Positions 57,909 through 64,000 of a stretch of 64,000 nt of DNA are shown here, piece by piece. Source of the DNA: an uncultured Thermodesulfobacteriota bacterium. Its GTDB lineage: Bacteria; Desulfobacterota; BSN033; WVXP01. Made by a program: the position numbers and the translations under genes. The stretch spans positions 994 through 64,993 of the forward strand of contig CAYGBW010000101.1 of NCBI GenBank assembly GCA_964348185.1, given 5' to 3'. The stretch's first letter is position 1, and every line of letters begins with the position of its first letter. Under the pieces are notes generated by a model. That model saw only the letters and a program-made list of their open reading frames with translations, searched no databases and had not been told where the DNA came from.

Positions 57909-58094
57909 TCAATCGCCAGTGATATGCTTGAACCGAATCCGGGTTCCCCGGGTTGGGGGAGCATCCAAGCAGGAGATCTCGACCGATGTTTCTGTGCCTT
58001 TTCCCTTGATTTTCACAGAGATCACACCACCATGATAGATGTGGGCAATCTCCTCTCTTGTCAAGGCGAGTTTGGCCGATACTTCCGCTGCCAT
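57909..58094 (-). CDS. possible small protein (61 aa), unknown function
   Basis: The ATG lies 9 nt after GAGGTG and the composition is protein-like (MAAEVSAKLALTREEIAHIYHGGVISVKIKGKG...). No family recognised, and other ORFs overlap it in different frames. Confidence 0.3.
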   Translation of the reverse strand: MAAEVSAKLALTREEIAHIYHGGVISVKIKGKGTETSVEISCLDAPPTRGTRIRFKHITGD

Positions 58095-58138
58095 TCCCTT
58101 TCACCTCTCTCCGTATGAGATAGTCCCTGGAGGATTTT

Positions 58139-58453
58139 ATGATTTTCATCGCTGGAATTCAACCGAAAACGAGGCAGGTGGATAGTCATCCACGGATATG
58201 CCCCTCCTGTGGCGCGCCCCAGGCTTATCTCAAAAGGGTGGATCATTACCTCAGTGTATTCTTCATTCCGATTATCCCCCTAAGGCGGGGTGTGCCCCAA
58301 CTCACCTGCGAAGCCTGCGGGGTCGTGCCGCCTGAAATCGCCCAGGATCTCTGGACTCGGGCAACTCGGGTAGAAAAACGGTGCCCCCGATGTTCTCGGG
58401 TGATGGAGCAAGACTTCTCTTACTGCCCCTATTGCGGCAGTCGATCCGAATGA
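58139..58453 (+). CDS. zinc-ribbon domain protein
   Basis: It has four CxxC pairs (CPSCG, CEACG, CPRCS, CPYCG) flanking one hydrophobic helix. Confidence 0.6.
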   Translation: MIFIAGIQPKTRQVDSHPRICPSCGAPQAYLKRVDHYLSVFFIPIIPLRRGVPQLTCEACGVVPPEIAQDLWTRATRVEKRCPRCSRVMEQDFSYCPYCGSRSE

Positions 58454-58756
58454 GGCCCCACCTCTCTGCTCCGTGCCCTTCGCGAACGAAAGAAGGCCAG
58501 TCGGATGGGTGTACTTTGGCCAATCATGGCGATCGAAATTGGATACCTACCTTGTGGGAACGGCAGAAGGGGTTCAAGAAGATGACGCTATGTTGCCATA
58601 ACGTCGGGTTTTAGGATATAATCATCTAACCATTTCATGATATGCACGGGGAAAGAGGAATTTCCTCAGGCCGAAGAAATTCGATTTTTCCCGGTTACTC
58701 GGAAGACCAGTGTCGTTTCTCGGAAGGTCTGGTCTTTCGAGAGGAGAGGAAAGGAA

Positions 58757-61618
58757 ATGAGAGGGAAGACAGGCCTTTTTCGAATGGGAGTTGTCGTCGT
58801 TGTGGTTCTCATTGGGCTGGGTATCCTGGCCTCCAGCGTCTATCCGGTTTGGCTTTGGTTTCAAAATCTAGGGTTTTCTTCGGTGTTTGTTACGATGGTG
58901 ATTGCGAGAGTTTTGATTGGCCTTTGTGCCGCTCTGACGTTCATCCTGGCCGTGGGAATCAACTATTATTTTGCTCAACGGTCCGTGAAACAGACCAGTC
59001 CCAACCTCGGAGGAAAGAGGGGTATCTCTGTGGAAGGCCTTCCCATCAGTGAAAGGGCGGTCGGCTGGGCCATCGGGGCCTTTCTCGTTCTTATTGCCCT
59101 GATGATCGGGAGCGCCGCCTCCACGCGGTGGAGTATGATCCTCCTCTACTTTCACCCGAAAGCATTCGGGACTGTCGACCCGATCTTCGGACGGGACGTG
59201 GCCTACTATGTTTTTTCCCTACCTTTCTATTTGTTTTTGAAGACCTGGCTCATCGGCTTTCTGGTCTTTTCTGGTGTGGTTGCCCTCCTGGTGTATAGCA
59301 GGGGAAACCTCCTCCAGATGGAAATTGGAACTATCCAGAGCCAAGACCAACCGGTCCAGCCGTCGGCCAAGCTGAAAATCGATCCGCCCGTGAGAAAGCA
59401 CCTGTCCATCCTTGGAATCCTCATCATAGTCATTCTCATATGGGGATATTGGCTGAAAGCCTATGAACTTGTCTATTCCACCAAGGGGCCGGCTTTTGGG
59501 GCGAACTATACGGATGTTCACGTGCAGCTGGTTGCGTACAGAGTTCTCATGTTCGTTCTCGGAGCTTTTGCCATCCTCTTGGCGATAAACACGGTGCGGC
59601 ATAGGCGGGGTGTTCTCCTGGTTGGCCTGGCAGCGACCCTAGGAGCCTTAGTGATTGCTCGCTCCATCATCCCTTTTGTTGTTCAGAAGATCATCGTGAA
59701 ACCCAACGAACTCGATATGGAAAGGCCATACATCGCCTATAACATTGAAAATACCCGCAGGGCTTACGGCCTCGATAGAATTCGGGAAAAGGATTTCATC
59801 GTCAACGAGAATCTCACCCCGGCCGATATCGCGAGAAACAGAATGACCATCGAAAATATTCGGATATGGGACGAACGGCCTCTCAAGGAAACATACGGTC
59901 AACTCCAATCGATTCGGTCTTACTATGATTTTTCTGGGATTGATGTGGACCGATACGTTCTCGATGGTCAATACAGACAGGTGACCCTTTCGGCCCGTGA
60001 GATCTCTGTCGATCAACTCCGCCCTCAAGCGAGAACCTGGGTGAACAGACACTTGAAGTTCACTCATGGCTACGGACTCGCTATGAATCCAGTCAATCAG
60101 GTTACCCAGGAGGGGCTTCCAGATTTACTGATCAAGGATCTTCCCCCTGTGACCCGGGGCATTGAAGTAAAGCGACCAGAGATCTATTACGGAGAAAAGA
60201 CGGAAAACTACGTCATCGTTCGAACGGATACAGAAGAGTTTGACTACCCCAAAGGGGACAGCAATGTCTACACGACTTATCAGGGGGACGGAGGGGTTCT
60301 CATCAATTCCTTTATGAGAAGACTCCTTTTTGCGGTCACGTTTCGGAGTACGGATATTCTTTTCACCGGATATCTTACACCGCAAAGCCGGATCATGTTT
60401 TATCGGTCCATCGAGAAACGCGTGACAAAGATCGCCCCTTTTCTCCGGTTCGACCGGGACCCGTATCTGGTCATTGCCGACGGCCATCTTTTCTGGATAT
60501 TGGACGGCTACACGGTAACTTCCATGTATCCCTATTCCTCCAGGATGGCAGACAAAGGCGGTTTGCCCATCAACTACATCCGGAACTCGGTCAAAGTGGT
60601 TGTCAACGCCTACACGGGCAGGGTGGACTTCTATGTGATCGACCAGGCTGATCCCATCCTTCGGAGTTTCAGGGAGATCTTTCCCGATCTGTTTTGGCCC
60701 TTTGACAAGATGCCGGAGTCCATAAAATCACATATTCGCTACCCCAAAGACCTGTTTGAGATCCAGGCGGCCATGTATCGATCATACCACATGCGGGATG
60801 TGCAGGTGTTTTACAATCAGGAAGACCTCTGGCAGATTCCCAATGAAGTGTACGCCGATACGCAGCAGAAGATGGAACCCTATTACATTATCATCAAGCT
60901 GCCGGGAGAGAAACGTGAGGAATTTCTCCTGATGCTTCCCTTTACCCCTTCCAAGAAGTCCAACATGATCGCGTGGCTCGCGGCTCGGAGCGATATGCCG
61001 AACTATGGGGATCTCGTGGTTTTCAAACTCCCCAAGGAAAAGCTTATCTTCGGCCCCATGCAGGTGGAAGCCCGGGTGGATCAACAGACTGAGATTTCCC
61101 GAGAATTGACGCTTTGGGGACAGAAGGGGTCGCGAGTTATCCGGGGCAACCTCATGGCAATCCCCATCGAGCAGTCCTTCCTCTACGTCGAGCCGGTCTA
61201 TCTCCAGGCCAGTCAGGAACCTACACCGCAGCCCGAACCCGCTGGAAGAATGCCTAGGACGCCACCGAGCCGATCGGAACAGCCCACAGGGAGCGTTGCC
61301 CTTCCCGAGTTGAAACGGGTGATTCTGGCCTATGGAAACGAAGTGGTCATGAAGGAGAACCTGGCAGGTGCACTGGGCGCAATCTTTGAAGAGGTGAAAC
61401 TTCCTGAGAAGACCGTTCCAGAGAGGGAGATTCCGGGAGAAACCGTTGCAAAGACATCGATCCAAAATCTCGCCATTTCCGTGCTGGAGCAATACAAGAC
61501 GGCTCAGAAACATCTGGCCCAAGGGAATTGGGCAGGTTATGGGCAGGCCCTCGACGAGATGGAGAGGATGTTGGAGGACCTGGCCCGGGCCGGCAGCACC
61601 GCTCCACCTGAGAGGTGA
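58757..61618 (+). CDS. UPF0182-family large membrane protein
   Basis: About 950 aa, with around 7 N-terminal TM helices followed by a large soluble region. Motifs such as NE...E.PYI..NI..TR.AY and W.N+HL.FTHGYG match my recollection of UPF0182. ATG 58757 follows GAGGAGAGGAAAGG. Confidence 0.8.
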   Translation: MRGKTGLFRMGVVVVVVLIGLGILASSVYPVWLWFQNLGFSSVFVTMVIARVLIGLCAALTFILAVGINYYFAQRSVKQTSPNLGGKRGISVEGLPISERAVGWAIGAFLVLIALMIGSAASTRWSMILLYFHPKAFGTVDPIFGRDVAYYVFSLPFYLFLKTWLIGFLVFSGVVALLVYSRGNLLQMEIGTIQSQDQPVQPSAKLKIDPPVRKHLSILGILIIVILIWGYWLKAYELVYSTKGPAFGANYTDVHVQLVAYRVLMFVLGAFAILLAINTVRHRRGVLLVGLAATLGALVIARSIIPFVVQKIIVKPNELDMERPYIAYNIENTRRAYGLDRIREKDFIVNENLTPADIARNRMTIENIRIWDERPLKETYGQLQSIRSYYDFSGIDVDRYVLDGQYRQVTLSAREISVDQLRPQARTWVNRHLKFTHGYGLAMNPVNQVTQEGLPDLLIKDLPPVTRGIEVKRPEIYYGEKTENYVIVRTDTEEFDYPKGDSNVYTTYQGDGGVLINSFMRRLLFAVTFRSTDILFTGYLTPQSRIMFYRSIEKRVTKIAPFLRFDRDPYLVIADGHLFWILDGYTVTSMYPYSSRMADKGGLPINYIRNSVKVVVNAYTGRVDFYVIDQADPILRSFREIFPDLFWPFDKMPESIKSHIRYPKDLFEIQAAMYRSYHMRDVQVFYNQEDLWQIPNEVYADTQQKMEPYYIIIKLPGEKREEFLLMLPFTPSKKSNMIAWLAARSDMPNYGDLVVFKLPKEKLIFGPMQVEARVDQQTEISRELTLWGQKGSRVIRGNLMAIPIEQSFLYVEPVYLQASQEPTPQPEPAGRMPRTPPSRSEQPTGSVALPELKRVILAYGNEVVMKENLAGALGAIFEEVKLPEKTVPEREIPGETVAKTSIQNLAISVLEQYKTAQKHLAQGNWAGYGQALDEMERMLEDLARAGSTAPPER

Positions 61619-61625
61619 TATCTCC

Positions 61626-62165
61626 ATGGAAGGATCATGCCAGGGGAAGAAAGCCTCCTGGGGCTCTGGAGATTTGCTCAAGGAAGAGGTTTTCGAGATG
61701 GGCTATGTCTCGCCCCTTGGACCCGTGAGAATTCTGGGAGTGGATTCCGCCATATTGGGGGTCGAGTTTTGGAAAACCGAGATCGTCAGGTTTCGCGGTT
61801 CTATACCAAGAATGCTTCTGGATTGTCGATCTCAGCTCGATGAGTATTTCAAGGGGAAGCGAAGGATCTTCGATCTGAAACTGGAGCCTCGAGGGACGGC
61901 CTTTCAGAACCGGGTGTGGCGCCAACTCCTTCGCATCCCTTATGGCGAGACACGATCCTATAAGAATCTTGCTAGAGACGTAGGAGACGACAAAGCCGTT
62001 CGAGCAGTGGGGATGGCCAACGCCAGAAATCCGATCGCAATTGTTATCCCTTGCCATCGGGTGATCGGGAGCAAGGGCGACCTCGTTGGCTATGGTGGGG
62101 GGATCTGGCGCAAACAATGGCTTCTTGACCATGAAAGAGATGGCGTCTTTCCGAAAGGCCCCTGA
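61626..62165 (+). CDS. ogt: methylated-DNA--protein-cysteine methyltransferase
   Basis: It has the active-site PCHRV motif and the upstream Y..LA......RAVG.A...NP segment. An alternative start is ATG 61698. Confidence 0.85.
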   Translation: MEGSCQGKKASWGSGDLLKEEVFEMGYVSPLGPVRILGVDSAILGVEFWKTEIVRFRGSIPRMLLDCRSQLDEYFKGKRRIFDLKLEPRGTAFQNRVWRQLLRIPYGETRSYKNLARDVGDDKAVRAVGMANARNPIAIVIPCHRVIGSKGDLVGYGGGIWRKQWLLDHERDGVFPKGP

Positions 62166-62282
62166 CCACAAACGGGAGTTTGATGGGTTGTCAGGCTCCA
62201 TGGAATATTGAGGCCAATACCGGGAACAGGTCCTGGCAAAGTCTGGCGGCTCTTGATCGGGTCATACGCATGGGGATCAGAG

Positions 62283-62942
62283 ATGGAGTGGATTCGTTGG
62301 CTTCCCGTTCTTCTCTTCTCCGTGGTCATGCATGAGTGTGCCCATGGCTATGTGGCCTCTCGCTGCGGCGATAATACGGCAAAATATGCGGGAAGAATGA
62401 CCCTCAATCCCATTCCTCACATTGATCCCTTCGGATCGATTCTCCTTCCCCTGCTTCTGATCCTAACCCATTCACCATTCCTCATAGCCTGGGCCAAACC
62501 CGTTCCTGTCAACCCGAGTAACTTCAGGAGTCCGGTTCGAGACGATATCATGGTATCACTGGCAGGCCCAGCTACCAATCTCTTGCTCGCTCTGTTTTTT
62601 ACCTTTCTCGCGATCAGCGGGAAGGTTGGAATGAGGAGTCTTCCTGAGGCAAGCCCGTTGTTGAGGCAACTTGCTCAGGCACTGATCTTTCTATCGCACT
62701 ACGGAATCCTGATCAATCTTTACCTGGCCATTTTCAATCTGATTCCCATCCCGCCACTCGACGGTTCTCATATTCTGAGAGGACTCCTACCCTATCAGGC
62801 AGCCCTTGAATTTGACAGGATCGGCCGTTATGGATTTGTGATTCTCGTCCTTCTCGTTATGACGCCGGCTCTCAAGTTCATCTTTTTCCCAGCCCATGTT
62901 CTGGCCTGGCTCCTCATGCAGGTCATCTCGGCATTCTCATAG
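62283..62942 (+). CDS. site-2 protease family (M50) membrane metalloprotease
   Basis: It has HECAHG (HExxH) in TM1 and a later NLIPIPPLDGSH motif. Confidence 0.8.
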   Translation: MEWIRWLPVLLFSVVMHECAHGYVASRCGDNTAKYAGRMTLNPIPHIDPFGSILLPLLLILTHSPFLIAWAKPVPVNPSNFRSPVRDDIMVSLAGPATNLLLALFFTFLAISGKVGMRSLPEASPLLRQLAQALIFLSHYGILINLYLAIFNLIPIPPLDGSHILRGLLPYQAALEFDRIGRYGFVILVLLVMTPALKFIFFPAHVLAWLLMQVISAFS

Positions 62943-62990
62943 CGTGCCCCATGGGTCGGCCCCTCTAGGAACAGGTCTGACTCGACTTCA

Positions 62991-64000
62991 TCATCGCGTC
63001 AGATCGAGACTCCGTACGAAATCTGACGGACTGCGGGCTGCCCCTTTTGCCACATCCATGGTGATGAGCCCCTCTTTGAGAAGGCTGATGAGATCGTGCT
63101 CAAAGACCTGCATCTGATATTCATCCATTCCATTTTCGATATGCTTCAGCAGATCCTGCGGTGTGGTATCCGGATCGCGGATGCATTCCTGAATCGAGTA
63201 GTTGTTGATGAGAATCTCTGTGGCCAGGACCCGCCCTGACTGATCCCGTCGAGGCAGGAGGTTTTGTGAAACAATTGCCCTGAGGTTCTCGGCCAACCTC
63301 CCTCGAATCATCCCTTGGTCTTCGGATGGAAAGAGCCCGATAACCCGACTAATGGTCCGCGTCACATCTGGGGTGTGGACAGTGCTGAAGACAAAATGAC
63401 CGGTCTCAGCTGCCTGAATGGCGACATCCATGGTCTTTGCGTCCCGAATCTCGCCGATAAAGATGATATCGGGGTCCTGCCTCATAGCAGCCCACAAGCC
63501 GCTGTGGAAGTTATCGACATCTCTGCCAATCTCCCTCTGAGAAACACTGCTCTTGTCGCTGGCGATAACAAATTCTATCGGGTCTTCGATGGTTAGGATG
63601 TGTTTGCACCAGTTTTTGTTGACAAAATCGAGCATAGAGGCAATGGTGGTCGATTTGCCCATGCCCGTTGCGCCTGTCACAAGAAGCAATCCCCGCTCGA
63701 AGCCGGTGATCTTCTTGATGACCAGGGGAAGGCGCAACTGTGTAAAATTCGGCACCTCTTTTGGAATGACGCGAAGCACGATGGCCATGGTGTTTTTCTG
63801 CTTGAACATACTTACCCGAAACCTTCCCAAACCCTGCCGCTCGACTGAGAAATCAAGCTGTTTCCAATTGTTTTGACCCTGCACCTGATCGAAATCCGGA
63901 AGGAGAGTTGTGGCAATCATGAAGAGATCCTTGGGGGATAGGGACGGCGAATTGAGTCTTTTTAATTCACCGAAAATACGGTAAAAGGGGGGTTCATCGA
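62991..64000 (-). CDS. pilT: type IV pilus retraction ATPase PilT-like (N-terminus runs off the window end)
   Basis: Walker A (GATGMGKST), the Asp box / Walker B (ILTIEDPIEF; IIFIGEIRD) and the His box (TGHFVFSTVHT) are present. The frame stays open upstream of ATG 63920 to nt 64000 (..DEPPFYRIFGELKRLNSPSLSPKDLF). Confidence 0.9.
   Translation of the reverse strand, partial: DEPPFYRIFGELKRLNSPSLSPKDLFMIATTLLPDFDQVQGQNNWKQLDFSVERQGLGRFRVSMFKQKNTMAIVLRVIPKEVPNFTQLRLPLVIKKITGFERGLLLVTGATGMGKSTTIASMLDFVNKNWCKHILTIEDPIEFVIASDKSSVSQREIGRDVDNFHSGLWAAMRQDPDIIFIGEIRDAKTMDVAIQAAETGHFVFSTVHTPDVTRTISRVIGLFPSEDQGMIRGRLAENLRAIVSQNLLPRRDQSGRVLATEILINNYSIQECIRDPDTTPQDLLKHIENGMDEYQMQVFEHDLISLLKEGLITMDVAKGAARSPSDFVRSLDLTR

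Overview
This is a gene-dense, mid-to-high-GC bacterial chromosomal window. I recognised no rRNA, tRNA, CRISPR array, integrase or transposase. All calls rest on reading the supplied ORF translations and the DNA by eye; no searches were run.

Contents in order:
- 1-5.7 kb: a partial GNAT-like gene, then a minus-strand trio of a TPP-dependent enzyme, a class-III aminotransferase and a class-IV aminotransferase.
- 5.95-6.9 kb: an AT-rich stretch with no ORF, ending in a strong intrinsic terminator.
- 7-17 kb: regulators and housekeeping genes. These are an Lrp/AsnC regulator, nicotinamidase, a sigma-70 factor, two response regulators, an ALDH7-type aldehyde dehydrogenase, a nitroreductase and threonine dehydratase.
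- 17-22 kb: quinone-related genes (UbiE/MenG, a second methyltransferase, a cytochrome b5 membrane fusion, a UbiA prenyltransferase).
- 23.5-37.3 kb: the dominant feature, a 13-gene co-directional block. Alternative Complex III genes (actB, actC, actD, actF and an actA-like gene) are interleaved with a cbb3-type oxidase (ccoN and a ccoO fused to a c-type cytochrome domain). Assembly factors follow (a CcoS-like gene, a DsbD_2-type gene and a CcoI copper ATPase).
- 37-50 kb: an AT-richer geranylgeranyl-reductase-family gene, an FAD oxidoreductase, an M20 amidohydrolase, an SfsA::DUF123 fusion, a 1164-aa GH13-like protein, a DHH phosphoesterase and an M48 protease.
- 51-57 kb: a minus-strand trio of highly repetitive envelope-type proteins (a VWA+PEGA protein, a TPR protein and a protein built of 29-aa acidic repeats).
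- 57.1-58.1 kb: about 1 kb with no convincing gene.
- 58-64 kb: UPF0182, Ogt, a site-2 protease and a partial PilT.

I found no recognisable defence or mobile system. The best candidates for novelty are the repeat-protein trio, the split ACIII-cbb3 module, three gene-poor intervals that may encode RNAs, a dispersed palindromic repeat and the double-nuclease fusion.
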